This document shows, piece by piece, positions 36,958-47,820 of a stretch of 64,000 bases of DNA. Origin of the DNA: Gammaproteobacteria bacterium (GTDB taxonomy: Bacteria; Pseudomonadota; Gammaproteobacteria; SZUA-229); assembly GCA_024636785.1 (NCBI GenBank), contig JAGXGK010000053.1, positions 1,525-65,524 of the forward strand. The letters run 5' to 3'. Within the stretch, counting starts at the first letter, position 1; every line of letters starts with the position of its first letter. The notes below the pieces were generated by a model. That model had not been told where the DNA came from. It saw nothing but the letters and a program-made list of their open reading frames with translations, and searched no databases. The position numbers and the translations under genes were made by a program.

Positions 36958-36997
36958 TAGCCGAATATCGAGCCTCTTCGTGCAGATGTCGAAGCCC

Positions 36998-37045
36998 GCA
37001 GCCAATACCTCCTGAATCCGACAGCCTCCCAGCCTTCAATCCCTG
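36998..37045. mobile_element. MITE family A remnant
   Basis: CGCAGCCAATACCTCCTGAATCCGACAGCCTCCC resembles the family A right end. AGCCTTCAATCCC follows, which resembles the reverse complement of the family A left-end motif GGGATTGAAGCG. Confidence 0.5.
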
Positions 37046-37086
37046 TTATCATAGCGCTGCTTTCATACACTCAAAGACAACACTTC

Positions 37087-38469
37087 GTGACCACCACTGA
37101 CTTTTCTACACTGCCTCTCTCGGCTGAATTTTTAGCCAACCTGGAATCGCTGGATTACCAGTCCATGACCCCGATTCAGGCCCAAAGCCTGCCCGCGATT
37201 TTGAACGGCCGGGATGTACAGGCGCAGGCCAAAACCGGCAGCGGCAAGACCGCCGCCTTTGGCATTGGCCTGCTGCACCGACTGGATGCAGATACCTATC
37301 AGACGCAGGCGCTGGTGCTGTGCCCGACGCGCGAACTGGCCGATCAGGTCAGCAAGGAGCTTCGCCGTCTGGCCCGGCCCATAGCCAATACCAAAATTCT
37401 CACCCTGTGCGGCGGCACTCCCTTAGGCCCGCAGCTGGCTTCACTGGAACATCAGCCGCACATTGTCGTCGGCACGCCCGGGCGCATTTTCAAACACCTG
37501 CAAAAGGGCAGTTTAAAATTCGACAGCCTGAAAATGCTGGTGCTGGATGAAGCCGACCGCATGCTGGATATGGGCTTTTATGATGACATCATGCGCATCA
37601 TCGCGATGATGCCGAAACAGAAACAGACCCTGCTGTTTTCAGCCACCTACCCGGCGGGCATCAAACAGATCAGCAAGGCCGTGCAGAACAATCCGCTGGA
37701 TATCCGGGTCGAAACTTTGCACGACAACACAAAAATAAAACAGCTCTTCTACGAAATAGAAAAAGGCCAGCGAACTCTGGCATTGGTCGCGCTGTTAAAA
37801 CATTACCGCCCCGAATCGAGCGTGATCTTCTGCAACCGCAAACAGCAATGTCAGGAACTGGCTGATGAATTATGGCAGCAGGGTTTTCACGCGCTCGCCC
37901 TGCACGGCGACCTGGAACAGAAGGAACGAGATCAGGTGCTGGTGCAGTTCTCCAACAAAAGCAGCTCGATACTTGTCGCCACCGATGTGGCCGCGCGCGG
38001 ACTGGACATTAAAGACTTGCAGGCGGTGATTAATTTCGAACTCTCACCCGACCCGGAAATACATATCCACCGCATCGGGCGCACCGGCCGCGCCGGCAAT
38101 GAAGGTCTGGCGCTGAGTTTATTCACCGCCTCTGAGTCACCCAAAGTCAATGCCATACAGGAATATCAAAACGGCCCCGTGCAGATTGATGAGCTCGCAG
38201 CGCTTGCAAGCGGCGACGCCTTCACCCTCACTCCGACCATGGTCACGCTGTGCATTAACGGCGGGCGCAAAGACAAAATTCGCCCCGGCGACATACTGGG
38301 CGCGTTAACCGCAGACAATAAACTTTCCGGAAAACAGATTGGAAAAATCGACCTGTTTGATACCATCGCCTATGTCGCTGTGAAACGTGCAATCGCCAAT
38401 CAGGCGCTGAAAGCGCTGTCCGAAGGTAAAATCAAAGGCCGTAAATTCAGAGTGCGCAAGTTACGTTAA
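37087..38469 (+). CDS. dbpA: ATP-dependent RNA helicase DbpA (DEAD-box with C-terminal 23S rRNA-binding domain)
   Basis: The 460-aa product starts at GTG. Motifs are AKTGSGKT, PTRELA, DEAD, SAT and [10 protein letters not shown]. The C-terminal DbpA-type RBD reads LCINGGRKDKIRPGDILGAL...IGKIDLFDTIAYVAV. Confidence 0.9.
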   Translation: MTTTDFSTLPLSAEFLANLESLDYQSMTPIQAQSLPAILNGRDVQAQAKTGSGKTAAFGIGLLHRLDADTYQTQALVLCPTRELADQVSKELRRLARPIANTKILTLCGGTPLGPQLASLEHQPHIVVGTPGRIFKHLQKGSLKFDSLKMLVLDEADRMLDMGFYDDIMRIIAMMPKQKQTLLFSATYPAGIKQISKAVQNNPLDIRVETLHDNTKIKQLFYEIEKGQRTLALVALLKHYRPESSVIFCNRKQQCQELADELWQQGFHALALHGDLEQKERDQVLVQFSNKSSSILVATDVAARGLDIKDLQAVINFELSPDPEIHIHRIGRTGRAGNEGLALSLFTASESPKVNAIQEYQNGPVQIDELAALASGDAFTLTPTMVTLCINGGRKDKIRPGDILGALTADNKLSGKQIGKIDLFDTIAYVAVKRAIANQALKALSEGKIKGRKFRVRKLR

Positions 38470-38503
38470 TAGTGCATGCATAGCCATTCGCAGTGATAGA
38501 TAC

Positions 38504-39694
38504 ATGCCAGACAAACCCATCCAGACTGATGTATTAATTATCGGCGCCAGCGCCTCGGGTTTGATGTGCGCCATCGAAGCGGGCAAACGAGGGCGCAAAG
38601 TCACGGTGCTTGATCACGCTAACAAGGCCGGCAAGAAAATTCTGATGTCCGGCGGCGGCCGCTGCAATTTCACCAACATAGATGTCAGTGCCGACAATTT
38701 TATTTCGCACAATCCACATTTCTGCAAGTCGGCCTTAAGCCGCTACACACAATGGGATTTCATCGCTCTGGTTAACGACCACCAGATTACCTACCACGAG
38801 CGCGACCACGGCCAGCTGTTCTGCAATGACAGCGCCAAAGACATTCTTAATATGCTGCTCGCTGAATGTGAAAAAGTGAAAGTTAAAATCCGGCTGAACT
38901 GCGAAATAAACAAAGTCGAAAAACAAGACGACGTTTTTATTACCAATACCACGCAGGGAGAATTTCACAGCGACTCATTAGTCATCGCCAGCGGTGGCCT
39001 GTCGATTCCAAAAATGTGCGCCAGCCCGTTGGGCTTTAAAATTGCCGCGCAATTTGGTCATCACCTCTGGCCCACCAGCGCGGGACTGGTGCCGTTCACC
39101 CTGCAACCGCGCGACAAGAACCTACTGGCGGAATTGTCCGGCATTTCGGTGGACAGCATCGTCAGCAACGCGCGCATGCAGTTTCGCGAAAACATTCTAT
39201 TCACCCATCGCGGCATTAGTGGCCCGGCCATTCTCCAGATCTCTTCCTACTGGCAACCGGGCGAAACGGTCAGCATCAATCTGTTGCCGGATGTTGATGT
39301 AGCGGCGCTGCTAAAAACACGCCAGAGTAAACAGCCGAATCTTAAATTAAAAACCGTGCTCAATGAAATTCTGCCGAAACGCCTGCTCCCGGTTTTGTTC
39401 AGTGAAGCCCTGCTCGACAAACCCCTACAGGAATTATCACAAACGCTGATTCAGGAAATCGCTCAGCAGTTGCACCACTGGCAGATCAAGCCCAATGGCA
39501 CCGAAGGTTACCGCACCGCAGAAGTTACTCTTGGCGGTGTCGACTGTGATGAGCTGTCATCGAAAACTATGGAATCCAAAAAAGCCGAAAGCCTGTATTT
39601 CATCGGTGAAGTGGTCGACGTGACCGGCTGGCTGGGCGGCTACAATTTCCAGTGGGCGTGGTCGTCGGGCTGGTGCGCGGGTCAGGTGGTTTAA
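38504..39694 (+). CDS. HI0933/YhiN-family FAD-dependent oxidoreductase (BaiN-like)
   Basis: The 396-aa product reads DVLIIGASASGLMCA...KILMSGGGRCNFTN...LYFIGEVVDVTGWLGGYNFQWAWSSG. Confidence 0.8.
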   Translation: MPDKPIQTDVLIIGASASGLMCAIEAGKRGRKVTVLDHANKAGKKILMSGGGRCNFTNIDVSADNFISHNPHFCKSALSRYTQWDFIALVNDHQITYHERDHGQLFCNDSAKDILNMLLAECEKVKVKIRLNCEINKVEKQDDVFITNTTQGEFHSDSLVIASGGLSIPKMCASPLGFKIAAQFGHHLWPTSAGLVPFTLQPRDKNLLAELSGISVDSIVSNARMQFRENILFTHRGISGPAILQISSYWQPGETVSINLLPDVDVAALLKTRQSKQPNLKLKTVLNEILPKRLLPVLFSEALLDKPLQELSQTLIQEIAQQLHHWQIKPNGTEGYRTAEVTLGGVDCDELSSKTMESKKAESLYFIGEVVDVTGWLGGYNFQWAWSSGWCAGQVV

Positions 39695-39807
39695 ACGACG
39701 ATAGCTGTGCAGGGCTCATTTTTGGTGAGCATCCTATCCTGAAAAAACAATCTCTCTCAGTTCACAATGACCACCTGATGCACCTCCCTGTGCCTCAGTC
39801 ATAAACC

Positions 39808-42063
<2,256 letters not shown>

Positions 42064-42231
42064 CTAGGAGCCCATTATATTTCAGAACGGGTTGGGATAC
42101 ACCCCATGACTTTTTCAGTAACGCGCTGTGCATGCCTGGCAGATCGCATCACAGATGTTAATGCGGAAAAACGTTATCAGTCCTGCCTCGCTGTTTGGAT
42201 TGTATTGACCGGCAGAATTATGGAACACGCA

Positions 42232-42271
42232 CAAAAAAACAGGGCGCGATAGCCTGAACTATCGCACCCTG
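42232..42271 (-). terminator. Rho-independent terminator after the 42316-43134 gene
   Basis: The plus strand reads AAAAAAAC-AGGGCGCGATAG-CCTGAA-CTATCGCACCCT. On the minus strand the stem is followed by a T-run. Confidence 0.65.
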
Positions 42272-42315
42272 ATTACACATCATTTCGACCTCCTGCCATG
42301 TAAATAAATTTATGA

Positions 42316-43134
42316 CTAAATCGCATGAAACTCGTCATAGGCGGCCTGCATCTTCTGCCGCATTTCTAATTGAATCTGCTGTGTTTTAGCCTGCAATACT
42401 TCCATTTTCATACGTCGTTCAGCCGGGGTCTGATCCATACGTTGTTGCATTGCTGCTCTTGACGCGTTGACTTTCGCCATTCTCTCATCATGCCTGCGCA
42501 TTGCTTCTTCACGGCTAGTCTGATGTTTTTGACGCATGGCCGCTAAGGCAGGATTACCCGTCTGATTCATAACATGTGGCTGCTTGCCGAAAACAGGCTG
42601 AGTGCGGTTAAAATCAGCTTGCGCAATCTGATTAGAACCCTGAATATTGTTATTTTCCGATCCATTTTCAACAAACATCGAATCAGCTTCCGAAACATCC
42701 CTTGATGCTGCCGTTGCAACTTCCCCGGTGTTCATCATTGAACTTGCACTGGCCACAACCGCCTTGTATTCATCCTGAAAAAAGGTCGCTACAGATAGTG
42801 TAACGACCAGCAGGATACCCGCAGCCGCTGCGTAATAAGGTGCATAAGAAGTGGTTTTCTCTTGCAGTTTCTTCGGCGCCATATAGGGTGCCGCAGTTTC
42901 AGCTTCAATTTTAGATTTAACTTCACTCGCTGCCACTTTATCCGTCACTTTTGCAGTTGCCTTTTCAGTAACTTTTTCAACGGGTCTGGCTTTATTTGCA
43001 GCAGCAGCATCATCATCTGCTTTAGCTGTGCTTGCAACGATCTTATCCGCAACCTTTGCTTTTCTTGTTTCTTTGGCTTTGCTTGCAGTGGCGGCTTTGG
43101 TCGTTTCTTTATTGCCTGTATTAGATTCGCTCAT
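42316..43134 (-). CDS. Hypothetical single-pass membrane protein with a Lys/Ala/Thr-rich N-terminus and a helical, Met/Gln/Arg-rich C-terminus
   Basis: The start is taken at MSESNTGNKE (43134), with a GGAGA SD. The N-terminus reads KETTKAATASKAKETRKAKVADK.... One TM helix is present (YYAAAAGILLVVTLSVATFF). The C-terminus reads MRQKHQTSREEAMRRHDERMAKVNASRAAMQQRM...LEMRQKMQAAYDEFHAI. I do not recognise a family. Confidence 0.6.
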   Translation of the reverse strand: MSESNTGNKETTKAATASKAKETRKAKVADKIVASTAKADDDAAAANKARPVEKVTEKATAKVTDKVAASEVKSKIEAETAAPYMAPKKLQEKTTSYAPYYAAAAGILLVVTLSVATFFQDEYKAVVASASSMMNTGEVATAASRDVSEADSMFVENGSENNNIQGSNQIAQADFNRTQPVFGKQPHVMNQTGNPALAAMRQKHQTSREEAMRRHDERMAKVNASRAAMQQRMDQTPAERRMKMEVLQAKTQQIQLEMRQKMQAAYDEFHAI

Positions 43135-43162
43135 GATATTCTCCATAAACATTTTACAAAAT

Positions 43163-43195
43163 CAAAAAAGTCAGGCACTTTAAAGCACCTGACTT
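43163..43195 (-). terminator. Hairpin/terminator between the sgp-like gene and the downstream gene
   Basis: The plus strand reads AAAAAAGTCAGG-CACTTTAAAGCA-CCTGACTTTTT. It is symmetric, with a U-tract possible on both strands. Confidence 0.6.
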
Positions 43196-43226
43196 TTTGA
43201 TACCTGGCTGCCGTAGCAACTACTCC

Positions 43227-43622
43227 TTACTGACCAGCAGGAGCCGGTGCCGGAGCCTGACCTGGCGCTGAAGCCTGACCTGGTGCTGGCGCATAACCAT
43301 AAGGTGCAGGACCATAACCATAAGGAGCGGGCGCATAGCCGTTATAACCGTTGTAGCCGTTATAACCATTGTAGTAGTTGCTACCGTTGTAACCGTTATA
43401 ACCGTTGCCATAACCGTTACCATTGCCACGTGCTTTCATGCCGAATGAAAAATCCATATCGCCACCGCCGTCAAAATCACCGGCACCATTACCGCTACCA
43501 TTGTTGTAACCATTATAGCCGTTATTGTTATAACCATTGTTGTTGAAAGGACCCCACCAGGCATTAGCCGAAGTAGAAGCTATCAGGAATGATGCAATTG
43601 CTATTATTTTTATAAATTTCAT
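43227..43622 (-). CDS. Secreted Gly/Asn/Tyr-rich repeat protein, putative sulfur-globule envelope protein (Sgp-like)
   Basis: The 131-aa product has a Sec signal, MKFIKIIAIASFLIASTSANA. The mature part reads WWGPFNNNGYNNNGYNGYNNG...DFDGGGDMDFSFGMKARGNGNGYGNGYNGYNG...APAPYGYGPAPYGYAPAP. Its composition and layout recall the SgpA/SgpB proteins of purple sulfur bacteria. Confidence 0.5.
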   Translation of the reverse strand: MKFIKIIAIASFLIASTSANAWWGPFNNNGYNNNGYNGYNNGSGNGAGDFDGGGDMDFSFGMKARGNGNGYGNGYNGYNGSNYYNGYNGYNGYNGYAPAPYGYGPAPYGYAPAPGQASAPGQAPAPAPAGQ

Positions 43623-43958
43623 AATATTTAATCCATTTAGTTGGTTTATATTTAATTAAAGTTAATTCAAATTACGATTATTAGAATATTAAAAAAAGCT
43701 TATATAGTCAATATCATTGTACTTTTTAAGGGAGATATGAAGGGATAGAATGTACATTCCCAATTGTGGATAAAATCATCAGAAAATAACTCAATAAATA
43801 CACCTAATATGTTGATTAATATAGAGATAATTAGACACGCCTACAGACTTATTTGCTAGAACAAAGAGGCCGGTGCATGATTAAGAAATATCATCCACAA
43901 GCGCTGACAGGATGAATACAGAGTGACACCTGACGATAGTTCTCCGCTGTCATGTGCC

Positions 43959-44747
43959 ATGCAGACATTGATTAACTTGCGTTTTCACGGTCAACTCAAC
44001 GACCTCCTGCCGGCACATCTGCGCCACATTGAACTTAAACAAGAGCTGAAAAATGATCGATCAGTGAAGGATCTAATCGAATCTCTCGGCGTGCCCCACA
44101 CCGAGGTCGATCTGATTATTGTGAACGGCGCATCTGTTGATTTTGAATACGGCGTATAGAGCGGTGATAGTATCGAACTGTACCCGCCGCTAAATCAGGC
44201 ACAGCATGAACAGTCCGCGCTGACGGCATCGCTACCAGCAACGTTGAAGCACTGCCAGCCCGGACCGTTACCTCATCCCCGCTTTGTCGCCGATGTACAT
44301 CTGGGAAGGCTGGCCGCCTATCTACGTTTGCTGGGTTTCGATACGCTCTACCGCAATGATTATGAGGATACCCTCCTCGCCGACATCTCCGCCGATGAAC
44401 AACGCATATTGCTCAGCTGCGACCGCCAGCTGCTCATGCGCAAACAGGTTGTCTACGGATATTTTGTTCGCGCCCGGCAACCACAGCAATAACTGCTGGA
44501 AATCATCTCACGCTTTGACCTGCACAACCGGCTGAAGCCGTTCACGCGCTGTATGCACTGTAATGGCGAATTGCAGCCTGTCGAAAAAAAGCAAATAGAA
44601 ACGCAGCTGCCACCTAAAACCGGAAAGTATTACAACGAGTTCTCTCAGTGCCCGCAGTGCAAAAAAATCTACTGGAAAGGCAGCCATTATTTGAAGCTGC
44701 AAGCCATGATCGACCGAATAAAAAAGGATACGACAGCAAACACATAA
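43959..44747 (+). pseudogene. Mut7-C ubiquitin-like plus Mut7-C RNase (PIN-like, zinc-ribbon) gene interrupted by two in-frame stop codons
   Basis: The three track ORFs (43923.., 44244.., 44553..) share one frame. The continuous translation is MQTLINLRFHGQL...VDFEYGV*SGDSIELYPP...PRFVADVHLGRLAAYLRLLGFDT...VRARQPQQ*LLEIISRFDL...CMHCNG...CPQCKKIYWKGSH. The stops are TAG at 44157-44159 and TAA at 44490-44492. Confidence 0.75.
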
Positions 44748-44783
44748 GTACGTTGCAGTTTTAGTGCTGCCGTTTATATAAAA

Positions 44784-45152
44784 TTAAACCGCCGTATTCG
44801 CCGTTGATATCAGCAGATCCATCATCAGGTCAGACGCTCCCAGATGCAGTGCAACTTTGATACCAACATCAGGATGATGCTTTTTAGCCTCTACCACAAT
44901 GCCCGGAATATCCTCTACAACATGCCGACCGGAATTTAGAAAATAGGGCAATACGGTCACCGTTTTGGCCCCATCATCCACACACTTTTTTATCCCTTGC
45001 GGAATCGATGGTTCAGCCAGTTCAAGAAAGGCGGCATGGATAATTTCATATTGACCGGAACACTGTTGGGCCAGTTTTTCAGCCAGCACTATAACTTCAT
45101 CATTCGATTGCTGACGACGGCTACCATGGGCAACAAGCAGTAAAGTATTCAT
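44784..45152 (-). CDS. cbiX: Sirohydrochlorin chelatase, short CbiX type
   Basis: The product reads MNTLLLVAHGSRRQQSNDEV...VTVLPYFLNSGRHVVEDIP. The start at 45152 is preceded by GGAGGTG. Confidence 0.8.
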   Translation of the reverse strand: MNTLLLVAHGSRRQQSNDEVIVLAEKLAQQCSGQYEIIHAAFLELAEPSIPQGIKKCVDDGAKTVTVLPYFLNSGRHVVEDIPGIVVEAKKHHPDVGIKVALHLGASDLMMDLLISTANTAV

Positions 45153-45169
45153 TTCACCTCCCGGTTTTA

Positions 45170-45907
45170 TCACTCATGAGCCAGTGGCTCACTTTTTAAT
45201 ATCTCTTCCTGCACACGCCAGTGCGGCAAAAACTGATCCATATATGCCCTAAAATTCTGATTATGATAACGCTCCAGCAGATGCACCATCTCATGCACCA
45301 GCACATATTCCAGGCACTCAATCGGCCTTTTCACCAGCTCCAGATTCAGCCAGATGCGACCTGCCGAAATATTGCAGGTACCCCAGCGGGTTTTCATTTT
45401 CTTGATGGCCCACTCGTGCACCTCGACTCCCATAACCGGCTCCCACTTCCTGATAAGCTCGGGCAAAAGCGCTTTGATCTGCGCGCGATACCACGCATCC
45501 AGAACTGAAGCACGTTTCGCCAGCGCGGTATCCGCTCGCACATAAAGCCGCAGGTCACGATTGTTTCTCACCACCTCGTGCTTGCCCTGCCGCACAACCA
45601 CCTCCAGCCGACAGGCCTCACCCAGATAGTAATGGCATTCACCTGAAACCATTTCGCACGGCATGGGTTCAGGCAGACTGGCCAGGCGCAGCTGCTGTTT
45701 TCTGATCCAGATAAGTCTATCGATAACAGTGCGACGCACCACCTCATCACTGACATGCATCGGTGCCGCCACTCGCACATGCCCCTCGGGCGAATACACG
45801 CGCAGGTGCATATTTTTTATTTTCTTGCGCACGATCCGCACATCAATATCATCAACGATAATTTGACAGGATTTTTTTGCCTTCTCTTTTTTTCTATGCC
45901 ACAGCAT
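45170..45907 (-). CDS. YgjP-like (DUF45/M48-type) metal-dependent hydrolase
   Basis: The 245-aa product reads RWGTCNISAGRIWLNLELVKRPIECLEYVLVHEMVHLLERYHNQNF, which includes an HExxH motif. Confidence 0.8.
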   Translation of the reverse strand: MLWHRKKEKAKKSCQIIVDDIDVRIVRKKIKNMHLRVYSPEGHVRVAAPMHVSDEVVRRTVIDRLIWIRKQQLRLASLPEPMPCEMVSGECHYYLGEACRLEVVVRQGKHEVVRNNRDLRLYVRADTALAKRASVLDAWYRAQIKALLPELIRKWEPVMGVEVHEWAIKKMKTRWGTCNISAGRIWLNLELVKRPIECLEYVLVHEMVHLLERYHNQNFRAYMDQFLPHWRVQEEILKSEPLAHE

Positions 45908-45941
45908 CAGCTAGCAATATCGCCGGTTAGTCGTCATCAAT

Positions 45942-46307
45942 TCAATCTTTGCTATTCAGCATCGACTTGAGATCGGCAAACGGGTTGAACGTTGCCGTAT
46001 CCCGCTTACCGTCGTCGCTGGCAGTATTGCCCTGCCGCGCTTCGGTTTGACGCTGGTGTTCATTGTCATGGCAGTAGAGACAGAGCAGCTCCCAGTTACT
46101 GCCATCGGACGGGTTATTATCATGATCATGATCACGATGGTGCACCGTCAGCTCGTGCAGATTTTTGCGATCGAACTCACGACAACAGCGCCCGCAAATA
46201 TGCGGATATAACTTCAACGCCTGTTCACGATAACCCAGCTCACGCTGGTCACTGGCACGGCGCGCATCCGCCACCGCCTGATCAAACTTGTTTTTGGTAT
46301 TCATCAT
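45942..46307 (-). CDS. yajD: HNH-motif protein YajD
   Basis: GYREQALKLYPHICGRCCREFDRKNLHELTVHHRDHDHDNNPSDGSNWELLCLYCHDNEH...NPFADLKSML is nearly colinear with E. coli YajD. Confidence 0.9.
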   Translation of the reverse strand: MMNTKNKFDQAVADARRASDQRELGYREQALKLYPHICGRCCREFDRKNLHELTVHHRDHDHDNNPSDGSNWELLCLYCHDNEHQRQTEARQGNTASDDGKRDTATFNPFADLKSMLNSKD

Positions 46308-46363
46308 TACGCCTCATATTTAACATTGATGGGCACACTAGGAGCCCATCCTACTCACAACCT

Positions 46364-47221
46364 TTAATTAAAAAACCGGAAGCTGAAATTGGCTTTTATC
46401 AATCTCAGCGCCAGCCAGATAAAAACCAGCGGCAGCAGTATGGTCTGCATTGTAAACACCACGATCAGATCCACAATGTAACTAGTCAGATTATCGACCT
46501 CTTTTTTCAGCTGCTCCACGCGTTTATCGACATCGAAAGCATCAACGGCTGAACTGAAATTCTTGCTCAGTGACTCGTACCACGGCACTTCCAGAGCTTC
46601 GATATTGGCCTCCTGATTCTCTTCATTCAGGCTGGATATAGTTTCATTGGACTGTTCCAGCTGCGCTTTCGACTCCACGTACTTCGACTCCAGAAAGGCG
46701 TTATAAATTCCCTCACTGGTAATCGCCATAACGGGTATAAAAAATCGCAGGATGATAAGAAAGGCGGCCAGTCGATAGATGACATTTTTCATCCTGACTG
46801 AATATCTCCAGTCGTTCCAGACAAACAGCACCATCAGCAACAGCGATGCCGTCACCACGCTGGAAAAATACAACGAAGAAAACATCTTCAGCAGAATAGC
46901 CTGAATGCCCAGTGAGGTTGTACAGAGCAGCATCACCCATGAAAAACGTTCGATCAGATCATTGGCCGGATCGAGAATCTGCCCCGGCGTCATGATCAAA
47001 CCCACCCCCGCAGGCTGCACCGCTACTTCGGTGCCCTGCACCACCGAGATCAGACCATTCAGCCCCTTGGCAATGGCAAACGCAGATAGCGAACGCTTGA
47101 AGCCCTCATCGGTATATTTCTCACCAAAGTTATCCAGCAGATTGGTCACCGAGGCGAATGCCAGCAGGAGCAGGCAGGCGGTAATAATGAGCCGGGGATA
47201 ATTGGCTTTAAGAAAACGCAT
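46364..47221 (-). CDS. Hypothetical multi-pass membrane protein with a central coiled-coil segment
   Basis: The 285-aa product has about 5-6 TM helices. A hydrophilic segment reads KAQLEQSNETISSLNEENQEANIEALEV...KRVEQLKKEVDNL. Its start overlaps the dsbB 3' end by 14 nt. I do not recognise a family. Confidence 0.6.
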   Translation of the reverse strand: MRFLKANYPRLIITACLLLLAFASVTNLLDNFGEKYTDEGFKRSLSAFAIAKGLNGLISVVQGTEVAVQPAGVGLIMTPGQILDPANDLIERFSWVMLLCTTSLGIQAILLKMFSSLYFSSVVTASLLLMVLFVWNDWRYSVRMKNVIYRLAAFLIILRFFIPVMAITSEGIYNAFLESKYVESKAQLEQSNETISSLNEENQEANIEALEVPWYESLSKNFSSAVDAFDVDKRVEQLKKEVDNLTSYIVDLIVVFTMQTILLPLVFIWLALRLIKANFSFRFFN

Positions 47222-47750
47222 TACCGGGCCTGAAAAGTGATGCCAGAAAAACAGTCACAGTCACGAGCAGAAGTCCCACTGAAAAAACCATCAGCGCCTC
47301 CGCCATAGTAATACCAAAGATGATTTCCGGTGTGTAACCACAGGCCGTCTCCACGTAAAAAACAGCGGGTAGCCACTGGTCAATCGCAAACCAGGCCGGC
47401 AACCCCAGCTCGAAGCCGCAATCGCTGAAGACAAAACCACGTTCGGTACCCAGCAGCTGATAGGAACGCTCCACCAGCCCTACGGCCACCAGTATCATTA
47501 ACAGGTGTGGCACAGCATTCAGCAGGCGATACCGCCGCGTCAGCAGCCCCATAAAAGAGACCAACACCAGCAACGATACCCACAGGCGCACCTGAATGCA
47601 CATCAGGCAGGGGCGCTCACCCAGCACATGCTGAAAAAACAGCGCCACGGCCAACAGGGCCATGCCGGTCACCATCGCCGCAGCCCAGTAGCGGCGACTG
47701 CGCGATAAGTCGTTGAGCTGATTGATAATAGCTGTGAGTCTGCGGTTCAT
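47208..47750 (-). CDS. dsbB: Disulfide bond formation protein B
   Basis: The 180-aa product has four TM helices. The first periplasmic loop carries CLMC (ERPCLMCIQVR). A second Cys pair (DCGFE...ETACGY) is present. Confidence 0.8.
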   Translation of the reverse strand: MNRRLTAIINQLNDLSRSRRYWAAAMVTGMALLAVALFFQHVLGERPCLMCIQVRLWVSLLVLVSFMGLLTRRYRLLNAVPHLLMILVAVGLVERSYQLLGTERGFVFSDCGFELGLPAWFAIDQWLPAVFYVETACGYTPEIIFGITMAEALMVFSVGLLLVTVTVFLASLFRPGNAFS

Positions 47751-47820
47751 GTTTCTCGTTGATTCATGGATTCGTGGTCATGATTTTATATGATGGAGCC
47801 GGTTTTGATAATCCAGCCGA

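Noticed and set aside
43220-43546. Alternative-frame ORFs 43220..43429 (-) and 43247..43546 (+) overlapping the Sgp-like gene
   Set aside because: They are low-complexity read-throughs of the same nucleotide repeats. They have no signal peptide and no start context. The 43227..43622 frame has a canonical signal peptide.
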